This document shows positions 26,640 through 39,280 of a stretch of 64,000 nt of DNA, in pieces (the stretch's first letter is position 1; each line of letters opens with the position of its first letter). The position numbers and the translations under genes are program-made. The stretch is from contig NC_068988.1 in assembly GCF_001194135.2 (NCBI RefSeq), positions 92,023,713 to 92,087,712 of the forward strand, in the 5' to 3' direction. Origin of the DNA: Octopus bimaculoides. Its lineage: Eukaryota. The notes under the pieces were generated by a model. The model saw only the letters and a program-made list of their open reading frames with translations. It did no database searches and had not been told where the DNA came from.

Positions 26640-29003
26640 GCAATGAACAAAATAAATGAATTCAATATAAATTCATCCTATTGTCAAATCGAAGAAAACC
26701 TTAAATAAAATATTAAACATGAAAATAATATATACATATAACAGTTTTCTTGGGAAATATGTCGAAATATACACAATATCTTTGCGATACGAAATAAAAC
26801 ATGCTTACAACAGTAGTATTGAAAACTAGTTCAAGATTCAAAAATATATATTATCCATATGGTATTTTGTAAGCCGACATTTTAAATTTTGTTGTTGTGT
26901 TAGCAGGAATTCAAGAGTTCGCATCTTTGATTCAAAGCACTATTGTCCTGGAATAAAATATAGAAGTTTTCCAAAAGACATAAATCACATGTGATGGGTC
27001 TTTTATGCGCACCGTGTCTGTAAAGTGATGCTTTATCTAAAATTCTTCATGTCACATTGAAAGGCCGGGTTTCATTTTCTATTAATTCCCAGACATATTT
27101 TGCCAGACTGGTTTTTGTCCTATTTTTGGGGTATCGGAAGGAATTTCTATGAGAATAAAATTGGGTCTTGAAAGAATTTTCAGAAGCCCCTGTGTAAGTC
27201 CTATAGTCGTGTGAGCCTTCTATTTGCACTTTGGCTCTATACACAATTCATTTCTCCAGGCATTTTGGTTATTTTCAACCATCTTATTGTTGTGTTGGTT
27301 AATGAAAGAGGCGAAGTTTTCGCAGCAAGAATAGCTGATCTTAAGCGTTCTTCTATTAAATATTCTATAAAGCTTATGGTTAGGTTGAAAATGTCTAGAG
27401 ACTAATTTTAAGAATTCCCTACCTATATTTGTTTTGTTTTTACGGCCATATTAAAAGCTGGGTTGAATCACAAAACACTCCTAGTCCTCGTTCCACGTGT
27501 TGCATTACTGCTAGCTTTAAGTTGGTTATACTGGATCTTCTCAGAGAATCCACTATTCCTTAATGCACTATTGTAATAAGGTGCGGCATTTTTAAATGCT
27601 GCCTCATCTGAAGAAATTGACGATATTCGTCTACCTACATTACTGATATTGTGTATATTTCAAAATATTTCTCAAGAAAATCTTCGACTGTTATATGTAT
27701 ATATTACTTTCATGTTTAAGATTTTATTTTTATTTTTATTTCATTTTATTGTATTTTACAAACCCATTTAATCGTTATATTTATAGATAATTCGATATAT
27801 GGTGTTCCATTTTGCATGTCTTTTATCTGATTTTCATTGTTATATATTCAGCAATTTTTTTAAAAGTCGTTTGTATATATACGTCAGGACCTAGATATGT
27901 TTTTATGTGGATGTCTGTATTCTAGACATGCATATATATTTGTATGTGTGCATCTGTGTATATGTGTAAGTAAGCATGTATGTTTATACTTGTGCACATA
28001 CGTACATGGATGTATATGTATGCATATACACACTTATATTTGTGTGGATGTGTGTTTACATGCATATTTCCATATATTTATATACGTGATCTTATATGTG
28101 TATTTATATACTAATATACACTTTTGTATATACATATATATGTAATTTTATTTTATATGTACGTTTGTTAAACATATTTCGCTACCTATCTTTCTTTCTT
28201 TTTTCTTTCCTTACGCAAAGTGTCCTTTCTCTCCCTATTCGTTACTTTGATAGCGTCCTTAAACAATGCGTTCCTCTTCTCCTCCCCTACTTACCTTTTT
28301 CTTTCGCAAGCTGTTACGTTTAGGAACCTTATTATTTTCTTTTTCTTTCCTCCTCCCAACGTTTAAGACAAACTTCCTATCTACCTTGTCTGTTATAACT
28401 GACTTCTATATGAATACATGAATACATGAAGAGATTTTCGTTAGTGGGCATAGTTGCATGCATATATGTATGTGTATATATTTATGTCTTATATATGCCT
28501 GCATATGTATGTAACTATGTGCATGCATCTGTATATTTTGATGTATATATATATATGTATATTATAGATGGTCTAGTATGGGTATATACTGTTCTAAAAT
28601 ATTTATGTAATGCAGCATGAAAATTTTAATTTTAATGTATTAATTGACTTATACTTCTTATATAATTATTTACAATATGCATTTTGGATTCACTCTTCGA
28701 TTTTACAATAGGATGAATTTATATTGAATTCATTTATTTTGTTCATTGCATGCTTAAGACCGTTAATTGAAAGGACCAATGAAACAAACCCATTTTTAAA
28801 AGTGTATCCTTTAACTAGTTTTGATTATATCGTTATTTCTATTTCTTTTAAACAAAACTGTCCGACGAACGGGAATGTGAAACTCTGAGTAACAGCTTTT
28901 GTTGTATTTTCTGCTGCTTTTAAATAAAGCACATTACTCTACCTCTGATATTTGAGTACTCTTTTTTCCACCTTGTTTCACATTTATGTGCTTACTCCGG
29001 TAT
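26640..29003 (-). mobile_element. Penelope-like retroelement: RT thumb + GIY-YIG (minus strand, about 26882-27645) with an inverted 3'UTR/pLTR copy (27644-29003)
   Basis: Peptides GRRISSISSDEAAF..., *FNPAFN, HKLYRIFNRRTLKISYSC, VYRAKV..TYTGASENSFKT, CDLCLLE..LNQRCELLNSC*H; 26640-26695 is the reverse complement of about 28695-28748, and 26703-26780 of about 27644-27735. Confidence 0.9.
28854..28900 (+). ncRNA. Minimal type I hammerhead ribozyme fold, one core deviation
   Basis: aaaactgt-CCGACGA-acg(ggaa)tgt-GAAAC-tctga-GTA-acagctttt: stem I, 3-bp stem II, short stem III and a GUA triplet; core U4 is C. Confidence 0.7.
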
Positions 29004-29013
29004 NNNNNNNNNN

Positions 29014-29053
<40 letters not shown>

Positions 29054-29099
29054 ATATTCAGCTTCACTTATAGTAGAATAAGATATGTGAACCAAATCT

Positions 29100-29300
29100 C
29101 ATGACTGCAAGTCAACACATGTGAAAATACATGAGCAGAGAGGAACGGCCTAGGTTCTAAAAAGGAAGGGCTGAGAGCTGGACATAAAAAGGGTGATGAG
29201 AGGGGAGGACAAGTGGATCCAGAATGACTGAGTGGAGGTGGCATGAACCCAGCCAGACCCAAGGAGTAGATGCCACTGCAGTAATTGGAGAAAAGGCTGA
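29100..29300 (+). mobile_element. Old LINE 3' end remnant (RTE-like)
   Basis: Degenerate purine-rich similarity to RTE C-terminal/3' sequence; by eye only. Confidence 0.3.
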
Positions 29301-31027
29301 GGAGAAAATGCATCCGGAAACCACAAGGTGAAGCATGTGTGAGTGACTTTATGCCAGTCAGTCAGTCAGGTGGTTCTTTTCTGGATACAGATTATGAAAA
29401 CTGTGTTCGCAGCAGCACTGTCCCAGACATGGCAGAAATACACCAGTGTATGCTTCACTTTAGCTTTGTTGGGTGTCAATGATTGTTGGGAGCAGGAATA
29501 TTTTATGGCCTTGAAATAAAGAACCAGTCATTAGGATGTGTCTAAGGGGTGTGTGTGATGTGATGTTTTATTGATGGAAATAGTTGAAAGTGACAAGACT
29601 AGCATATACCCCTCCAGGTTGATAGTTCAACAGCTACTGTTTTTATCTCCAACACAGCCATTAGAAGTTTATCAACATTTGTTAATGGATGAGTCACAGC
29701 TTAAAAGATTTGTACATAATTTGGCTGCTAATTTAACCTGTTATAATGTGACATTCAATTGCCATGGGACAAAATTTCAGACTGAAAACTGGTCATCAGA
29801 AAAACTAGTCAGTGTTGTTTAGCAACATTATGAATCATTAATCTAAAAGATTTATTCTGCTCTATGTTACTGTGAGGGCTGGGAAAGGGGGAACCAAGCC
29901 AGTTTAAAAAAAACAACAGGGAGTTGTAAAAGGCAGAGCATCAACACATGCAGACTCTTCTTCATTTGAACAACTTCAAATGGCTGTTGTTACTTAATAT
30001 AGAAAAAAAAAAGAAAAAGCATAGCCCCAGCCAGTGCTGTCTAACAAGGAATTGAGCATGTCATTTATAGGATTGTTGCTTTTCAAGATAGATTTATGTA
30101 GGCCAACAAAATGTTATTTTACTGCAATTTTATTTCATTAGCTTTTGCAGACAAAGAATAAACTGTCATTAGAAATGTAAATACATTTAACAAAGATATT
30201 CCCTTTAATGGTTAATTGAAATTCATTTGATAACCATAAAGTTTGATTCCATAACATCCTCTCAAAATCTTGTTTCCTACTAATATTCAGGTTAGAGATT
30301 TTCACCGTAAACCTCTCTAAACTTGTGGTTAGTAAAAGATATGAAATAACCATACAGTGTAGTAATATCAATGTAGATGCAGTTACAGCTATGCAGCAAA
30401 GAGATTTGCATGGTGGACAAATATTTTCTAGGTTGTAGCCTTGGGTTGACCCATACCTTTTAAGTGGAATTTGTTAGATGAAAACTGTGCAGAAGCCTCA
30501 TGTATATATCATCATTTTAACATCAGTTTTACATGCTGGCATGGGTTGGATGATTTGACAGGAGCTGGCCAGCCAGAGAGCTGTCCAGGCTCCAGTTGTC
30601 TGTTTCCACAGCTAGATGCCCTTCCTAACACCAATCACTTTACAGTGTCTGCTGAGTGCTTTGGAGAGTTCTGCTTAAGTTTACTGGTGGGTTGTGTAAT
30701 GTTGTCTTATATTAAAATTCTAACTTAATAATTTGATAAACAGTAATTGATAATATAAGTACCAAACTGAAAATCGGGTCCATATGACTAACTCTAGAAG
30801 GTAGTGCACCAGCATAGCAGCAGTTCAGAAGCAGAAACAAGCAAAAGTGTAATACATACTGTAGTAATATATGATTGTGACTACAGACTATAGTAATATG
30901 GCTATACAAGATAGTAATACAGACTAAACCTGAATAGATTTGTATTTCCCATTGTTTTATTTATGTGTACATAAGTCATATATACAAAGAGTATAGGGAA
31001 CGTGTGTACAAAGTGTATACAAAAGCT

Positions 31028-31058
<31 letters not shown>

Positions 31059-31949
31059 CTACATATAATACAAGTTAATATAAAAGTAATGTAGGTACCA
31101 GTATACATAAAAGTTTATAGGCAATGTATATTTGAATAAAAATATGGGTTGGAACAAAATGGTTAACTGGACAAGAGATATACTGTACGAACCTAATCAG
31201 CCCTAAATAATATGGAAATACAAAATTTTCACTGCTAACGCCATAGACATTATTTAGATAACTCAGTCTCTTTGATTGGCCCACTGCCAGGTAGTGTATT
31301 TATGATACAAACATACACAATCTATTCCCCCTAGCATGCAGAAAAAAACAGTCCATGTTTCTCTGGTATTGGTTACAGTTTATCTATTATAACTACTGGT
31401 GTTTACTAGCCAATGCCGAAGTCTGATCTATACTCTATTGGTCTAATTCAGCTATCTTTGTATATAGGTACAGAGGAAAAAACAGTAAATTCAGAGTTGA
31501 AACAGAGATAATTGAACAATGAAATATTTTGTGGCTAAAGTAGAACCTTAATGATATCTGAATTAATGAGCACTTGATGTCCATGCAAACTCAAGTCCAC
31601 CAAGCTGTAAATATGCACCTGATGTTAAACACAGCCCACCACAGCAAACCTTGCATCAGTATGTCAAGTTGGTTTTCAGTGTTTGAGCATCAGATCTCTA
31701 AGGGATGGGAGACTCACTCTAGGATACTTTTCTACAGAAACTTTGCATATACCTTGATTGGCGGGTCAGCAGGAGTCAGAACTTAATTAAAATTCTTTGT
31801 AATACAGGGCCAAAATGAAATCATTTGACGACTTTTTTCACAAAAAGACATACAACAACAATGGTTTTCCTCATTTATCTCTAAGTGAACTACATAAGTA
31901 GACTGGCTAACAATTGTAAATAAATAAATAGTTAGACTACATTTTAGGC

Positions 31950-32626
31950 TGGTGCTTCTTAAAGTGAGTGGTACTGTCTCCTGGGGTGCACTAAAAAATT
32001 TTATATGGGTACTGGGGGCAAAAGGACAATAAGGGGAAGGGGTTGAGAGATGTATCTATACAGTTTTTTAATCTCTCACAGCACTGTTTTAATCCATTTT
32101 AGCATTCAGATTACTGTCAAATGTAAAGCTCATTCACTTGCATCATTTTGAATTAATCATAGCTTTGAGATTTCAATGATATAGATGTTTATTATCAGAA
32201 GGACATTGAAAGGTAGGTGTGAGAAGCTGGATCTGGCTAGTTTGAACATAACACAGATCGGATATTTTGGGCGAATATAACCAGTTTAAATGCTAAAGGG
32301 CTAAACATTAACTTTTAAAATATAAAACAATAAACTGCTGGTTGGCTACAATCACAATAGCAATAACATACAACAACAAGAATTCAAAATGTAAATAAGT
32401 GAATAAGCAAAACTAAGTATATACCACTTATGATTATTGTAGGGTGGTGCTATGGTAAGTAGTTACTTGTGTTAAACTAGAATCTGGAATTAAATTATTT
32501 GAACCAGATATTTATGTGTATGTACAATAAAAGGAAGAGTTGTGCTGAATCATAGTAGAGATGCATTGAGAAAGTGTAAGTAGACAAAAAAAAGGGTCAA
32601 TAGTTTAAAAAGTTTGAGAAGCAGTG
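31950..32626. mobile_element. hAT (Charlie-like) MITE carrying a nested piggyBac-type MITE (about 32093-32300)
   Basis: Ends tggtgcttcttaaag / aagtttgagaagcagtg; flanks ttttaggc and ttctagac resemble an NTCTAGAN 8-bp TSD. Confidence 0.7.
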
Positions 32627-33183
32627 TTCTAGACTATTCAACAGCTACATCTTGGACTGTCATAAATTTTTTTTTTTTTTCCCAAGAGGAAAAGGATACA
32701 AAGTGTCAGATATCATGATTACATATAAATCCAATATTATAAATCATAGGAGAACTGCAGCACTCAATTCAAGTTATCCAACAAACTAAGGCTACAACAC
32801 ACAGACTAGACCAACTGAGAACCTTTTTTATGTGATTTCATCAATTTATTTTGACGATAATAAAAATTGATTTAATTTGAGAGAATATAGTAGTAATGTG
32901 TGACAGGAAAGAGATCCAGTCATTCTTTTTAAAGTAGTTACAAAAGGGGGGGGGCTACAGAATATAAGTAGTCTTGTGTCTCCAATGCGTTTACACCAGA
33001 ATTTCTAACACTCTTGGCAAAACTGTAGCCTGTCCCTAATGTTAGAGTCTTTCTATAGTCTGAGTCTGTTTCACCAGTATCAACTTCACTTTTCAACTCT
33101 CCAGGTTGTTAATATTGAATTCAATTAACTATACACTCTCTCCAAGATGTGGACTTCTGTTAGAGTCAGAAGAAACCATAATT

Positions 33184-34563
33184 ATTAAGTTGCTTGGGGT
33201 TTGGTTTGGTCCAGACTTCCAGGTGGTGAAAAACTGGGACGAAGTGATGAGCAGGGTAGCCAACCTCACTCAGAAATGAGCTGAGAAGAAGCTGTCCCTG
33301 AAAGGTTGAGCGGTGGTGGCGAATGCGTACATTGCATCCGTCATCTATTATTGCTTGACTGTCACCCCTTGCCCTGTTTGCTGGTTGATCAAGCTGGTGC
33401 GCTTACTCTTCCGCTTTCTGTGGAAGGAGCACGTTCCACTGGTCAGACATTCCATCTGCTGTCAACAGCCACTGAATGGAGGGCTGGGTGTGCTATGGTT
33501 GCTGATGTGCATACATGTGCTGGGGTTGTGGCATCTCCAGCATTTCCTTGATAGTGAGCAGGTGTGGTCACCGTTTGCAAGAGACAGTTTCCCACAACTC
33601 ATCTCTTTGACTGAGCTGCAATCTTGGATTAGGTGTAGACCGAGGAGGGACGCTTGGCACCCCAAGTGCCATCAAGCGCTCACAGCCCTCCACCAGCCAG
33701 GGAATGCAGTTGGTGGTAGTGCTACTCTAGCGTTCTATAGAGGGCTTGTGGAAGGAAAGTGAAATGACATTCTTGGGGAAACTCTGGCCGTTGATGAAGA
33801 TCAATTAACTGGTCTGTTTCGGAGAACTTTTGGGCCTGGGCCTATGGATAACTTCCAGAAATCCCTTGCCTGGCAGTGCTACCAAGGAGCGCTGCCTGTT
33901 CGGGATAAACTGTACAGACACAGAAGTGCTGTCAGTCGGGCCTGCCTGAGGTGCGCCCAGAACAATGAAACCGTTCAGCATGCCCTAGTCCAGTACCCGA
34001 GTATTGCTGACCTGTGGGTTTACGTCGAACACCTGCTGTCGCATGTAGAATGGATCCAGCTATCAGCTGAATCCATTGTGAAGATTGCTCTGCTGCCTCC
34101 TTTCGGCAGGGAGGGGAAGGCAATTTTTATTTGTCTAGTAGCTGTGGCGAAAGAGGTAATGGTGGACCCATTTGAAAGGGCTAAAGACAGACACTTCCTT
34201 CTCTGACCAAGCCCTCATCAACTTTTTCAAGTTTCACTTGAAAAGGAAGTTGAGGGTGAAGAGGGAAGTGTTGCCTTGTAGCAAGTTTGTTGAAAGGTGG
34301 GTGAATGTTGGAAGAAGTGTGAAAGGACCAATTCTGAGCGTGCACCTATAAAAAAAAAAAGAAGGGCTCTTGCCCTGTTGTTCAGTTACCTCTGGCTTTT
34401 GTTGGTTTTTTCCACGAGGACCTTAAAGCGCCTCCCCTATTGGGAGATCAATTTGTTTAATTTTTAATTGTTATCTGAAAACACATTGTATTGTCCTGTT
34501 TTTGTCTTTTATGTTGTTGCATGTCATTTAATGTTTTGCATGTGAGCCTTTGTGACCAATAAA
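33184..34563 (+). mobile_element. Tx1/L1-clade LINE, 5'-truncated, decayed ORF2 3' part
   Basis: IKLLGVWFGPD..NWDEV, RLLFRFLWK, PLNGGLG and zf-RVT motif CLRCAQNNETVQHAL; ORF stop at about 34348; AATAAA at 34558. Confidence 0.9.
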
Positions 34564-34619
34564 AGAATTAATTATTATTATTATCATCATCATAATCATC
34601 ACATTCTTCTACATTTTGA

Positions 34620-35710
34620 GTTACAATCCTGCCACAGTCAACTCTGCCTTCAAATAAAGTACTAGTCAAACACTAGGGTCAATGTAATTGACTTCGTCCC
34701 TGCCCCCCAAATTGCTGGCCTCATGCCAAAATTCGAAAGAATTATTATTTTTATGACAGAGGTAGCAAGATGGCAGAATCATTAGAATGCTTGACAAAAT
34801 GCTTAGCAGCATTTCTTCCATCTTTACAATCTGAGTTCAAATTCCACAGAGGTTGACTTTGCCTTTCAGGGTTGATAAAATAAATGGAATAACTTCTGCC
34901 TCTCTTCAAAATTGCTGGCCTTGTGCCAAAATCTGAAAGGGTTATTATTGTTGTGATAACAGGATGGGTGATGTAGTAGAGCACAAAGTTAAATGCTTTG
35001 CCATTAGTTTCCTTAAGTCTATGTTCTGAATTCAAATCCTCTAACAGGAATCAACTTGGATCTTTCATCCCACAAGGGTCTATAAAATACACATTTGTCA
35101 TGTTCCTGCCCCATGCAATCAGATCAACAAACAACTCTTGGTGACTTCTTTCACAAGTGTTAAGTGCTAGTCATGAAATTTTCATGGAAGAATATAAAAG
35201 TGTTTCCCCATAGCCTGCCTTTGAGTATTTTTCACAAGATACCATTTGTCAGTTATATACCGGCAAGTTTGTCACACTTGCATAGACAAACAAACAAGAA
35301 CCAGCACCACAAAGCATTTTGGTTAAAGCTCTAACAAGTTTGCTTATCTACTACTTCGAACTGGCACTTTACTGTATTGACCTCAAGAAAGATGAACGGC
35401 AGGACTTGAACTTGGAATATAAAGCACTAGAAGAAATACAAGTCCAATGTGCTTATCAATCTCAATCTGCCATACTGTTATCATCCTTTACAAACCGGTA
35501 GCTTTATGCTAACATATCATTTATTATAACGTTAGAGCAAGGCAGTAAGCTGGCAGAATCATTATCACACTGGAAAGAAAAGATTGTTTAGCAACATTTC
35601 TTCTGGTTTTACATTCTGAGTACAAATGTCACCATGATTACTTTGCTTCAATGTAATTGACTAACCCCTCACCACAAAATTCCAAATTTTGTGCTGATAG
35701 TAAAAAGGAT
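34620..35710 (+). mobile_element. Cluster of SINE family C copies
   Basis: Repeated ggcagaatcattag...ctgagttcaaatt cores at about 34620, 34765 and 35545. Confidence 0.7.
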
Positions 35711-36659
35711 TATGAAACTAGATCATTTCTGTTAACTATTATTCTCTTTTACTGGTTAAAGTCACTGGACTGCAGACATGGTAGAACAAGCACCACCTTT
35801 ATGGGTATTTAACTGATAAGATCAATCCTAGCACTTGCTAGTAGCTATTTTATCAATCTCTGCTTATCAGAAGACTAAGTTACTATATTTTACCTCTAAA
35901 TAAGGCATGCAACACAACACATTAGTCCTTCATTAACATTAACAAAAGATTAATTTAACATATAATAATAAAATCATGACAGGAAGTTTTGATTTAAATA
36001 TGTATACATCTTAAAAGGAGAGGTTTTGACCATAGAACCAGAGGGGATTTGGTATTAAAAGAGTCAACAGAATGATGTTAAATACAATATATTGACATAT
36101 TTTGTAAGTGAACCCTAACCCTAACCCTAACCCAATAACTGGAAGTGTTGGTCAAATGGTCACTATTATCATATATGATGATATTCATGTTTATTTACTG
36201 ATCTATGAGAGGCTATGGAAGTTTCAGATACATGTGTTAGATTTGATGTCTATAAACATTCCACAGTATAACACCATTATCAGCAATATTCTCTAATTAT
36301 TCCTCGCATAATGGAATTAATGATGGCACTGCACAAAAAAGGTATCAAAAGAGAAAAATAATTTGTCAGTTACATTTTGAATTACAATGTAACTTTTTTT
36401 TTTTTTTCAATTTGAGTACCAGTAGCAGTACCAATTGACACCATAGGACTTCGACTGAGGGGTTTCATACATATATTTACAGTAGAATAGGCTCCACGCA
36501 ATAATCAGGTATTTTCTCTAGCAACACAGCTTCAATAATACAGTTTACTTTGTAATTCATCAAAATGACTACAACAATTTTAATATCAGTACACTGAACC
36601 AAAGACAATAATCTACAACAAAAACTTCACTACTCCAGAATTGAAATATTTGTTTCAAA

Positions 36660-36860
36660 TTCTAGCACAAGGCCAGCAATTTCAGGGGAGGGGACAAGTC
36701 GATTACATTGACCCCAGTATTCAACTGGTCTTTATTTTATCAACCCCGAAAGGATTAAAGGTAAAGTCAACCTCAGTGGAATTTGAACTCAGAATGTAAA
36801 GATGGACAAAATACCACTATAAATTTTGCCCAGTGTCTTAACGGTTCTGCCAGCAGGCTA
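36660..36860 (-). mobile_element. SINE family C copy
   Basis: Near-complete reverse-complement copy of the family core. Confidence 0.8.
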
Positions 36861-37014
36861 CCTTAAGAATTGAAATATCAAAACCAGAATTTATCATGGA
36901 AAGGAGAAAAAACGTTTGAAGATATAGTTATTTTAATTCATCATTATAGTTTTAACACTAATACATTTTATTGCATAATAGGTGTGCATAACATAACCCC
37001 TAAAGTTGATTTAA

Positions 37015-37165
37015 CCCTTTCTGATGAAACATACTGACTTTCTTCCAATTAATTTGGAAAACAATGAAGAATTTAGCAAAATAACATTATCAAACTGATG
37101 TCTGTAACATAAATTAACACAAAATTTTGACGGGAAGATCCAGATCACTTTAAAACAGGAAGTTT
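37015..37165 (+). mobile_element. piggyBac-type MITE (family 2), left part
   Basis: TTAA-ccctttc start; body ttaatttggaaaacaatgaagaatttagc is shared with 57900-58026 (minus) and 60620-60795. Confidence 0.55.
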
Positions 37166-37403
37166 GAATCATAGAATCAAGAGTGGTTTCAGGCAGGCTA
37201 GTAACAAAAAGATCGACCAAACCAAATTACCCAGTCTTTTCCAGATCTATTTTGACCATTATTCACAGATTTTATTTAATCTAAACTTGTTATATCAGTA
37301 TTTTTTAACAAACTTTCATTTTATATACTGCTGGGGTTCTTTCAATAAATAAAACACTGAGCCAACAGAATGAATCTAAAACTGCCACTTGGTGAGAACT
37401 TAC

Positions 37404-37439
37404 ATGTATGTCTTTTAGGCAAGTACGGAGATCAGACAT
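37404..37439 (-). CDS. Candidate first coding exon (MSDLRTCLKDIH) within exon 37404-37455
   Basis: Acceptor ttttag| at 37457/37455, single open frame with ATG at 37439, donor CAT|gtaagt at 37404. No homology recognised. Confidence 0.3.
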
Positions 37440-38049
37440 CTTGTTAGAGGTGGTACTAAAAATTCCATACAGATCTTACTCCTGTTTTTCTCTTTTGACT
37501 CAAAAGCAACAAAGTACTATGACCAAAATGAAAACTTTACACTAAAGAAGATGTGAAAAAGAAAAACGACAGAGTACAAAATATTTTAACAATGTCCATT
37601 ATATACTAAGTCTATGATCCAGTGACCATGTCAGCTGAATGTTGTTTTATATGAAAGACACTACTTGATCCTCCCATGCTATCTCTCTAAAAAGAAGCAA
37701 AAATAAATTATCAATGAATAATTTATAACGATTAATTGACAACAAAGACAGTTGGAATGGTCAGTGACCTCTAATAAAGCCTGATGCTACAAACTAGATA
37801 TATGTAACTGATTATATATAACAATATGACACAAGACAGTCCAGCCTGTTGCTGTCATCAAGATAACAGTAGACATCACACTGGACAGTACTTGTGCTAC
37901 TATATTTTGGAAGATACAGTTGTACAGAAATGGCCCTGTGGCTAAGAGGTTTGCTTCACAACTGTACTTAGGTTTGATAGAGTTGCATGGCAACTTAAGG
38001 TGTCTTCTCAATAGTTTCAAGTTGACCAATACTCTGTGAATGGAATTTG

Positions 38050-39280
38050 ACAGATTTATTATTCTACATACAGCTTTTACTATCAGTCAGTCCCTTTGTT
38101 CCATGTTGACTGGCTGGAGAACAATGATTTTGGAACCTTCCAACAATATCATCCAGTCTATCAGTGATCAGCAGTATTGATGCGCCTTGGAAATATCAAT
38201 TCTCTTTTAGATCATACTGTAACACACTTTCCCCCTCTCCATTATTTTTTTTATGCAACCACCACAGCAAACTGGGTGCAGTTGAAACAAGTCCAACCAC
38301 ATAGTAATTATTTTGTTCTGCAACTTGCTGAGCTTGATCTCGCCCACGCCGCCCAGTTTTGGTCTCTCTCCCATTTACCTTTGTCATATCGATGATGGAA
38401 GAATTTTCTGCTTCCTTCACAAGTTTACAAATCACTGCATTCAAGGACAGTCAGGTAGGGCATTGTACATCTCGCCTTGTAGACCTTAATTCTACCTGAA
38501 GTATGTGGATGATACTGTACATTATTGTGCTCACACTTCACACAATTCCCTCAGCCCTTCATATTCCCTCCTAATGCATCATCACTCAGCAATCGGGACT
38601 TCTCTTGTCAGTTTGATCATGCAACTAAGATCAGGGACTTGCTTCATGATTTGCAATATGGCTAAGGAACATGAGCAAAGCCACATAGCCTCCACCTCCA
38701 CCTGCACCTTTCTGTCATTGGCAACATTCTCTTGCCCTTTTTATAGAAAACAGGACGCAACTTAGTGTTGACTATCACCGACACTGATGCACTTTCATTT
38801 TTAGTGCATTGACAAGGATACCCAAGACTTGGTTACGGCACCAAATACACTCTGCACAAGAGGGTGTCCATAGCCTTTGTGCCAATGATTATCAACAGTG
38901 CTGCTCTGAACCTCCTATAAACTAATATTGGCTGAGAATTGAAGCACATCATACACTGCATGCAAGACTAATCCCAACCTAGCTGGTTCCCTTTTCTATA
39001 TGGTCCATGATAGCTTCCATTGCTCAGCTGTTTCCTATGCTGTCCATGCACAGTGGTTTCCTAACGCTACAACCTTAGTCACATGTAGCTCCCATTCAGT
39101 AAGAAAATATCTTTGATCACAATATTTCATTTGCTTCAATAGTTCTGGTGGGATATTCACATGTTCCACATCAGACCCAGCCCAGCTTGTGATCTGCACC
39201 ACAACTATCTCTATGCTTATTTCCAAGATGATCCCTACCATTCCACAGCTTTTCTCATGTTGTAGTTCCTTCCTGTCAAC
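38050..39280 (-). mobile_element. Decayed RTE-like LINE ORF2
   Basis: WAGSDVEHVNIPPELLKQ (AG.D.IP.ELLK-like) and IKVYKA segments; many stops and frameshifts. Confidence 0.55.

Noticed and set aside
29571-29822. 83-aa plus-strand ORF with a possible acceptor at about 29597
   Set aside because: No donor, no recognisable homology, and a length within chance for AT-rich DNA.
36330-36620. Strong minus-strand acceptors near 36330 and 36570-36615
   Set aside because: All frames hit stops quickly and no matching donor was found.
37021-37030. CTGATGA hammerhead-like core (also 25296, 44688, 54875)
   Set aside because: No downstream stem II/GAAA or closing stems.
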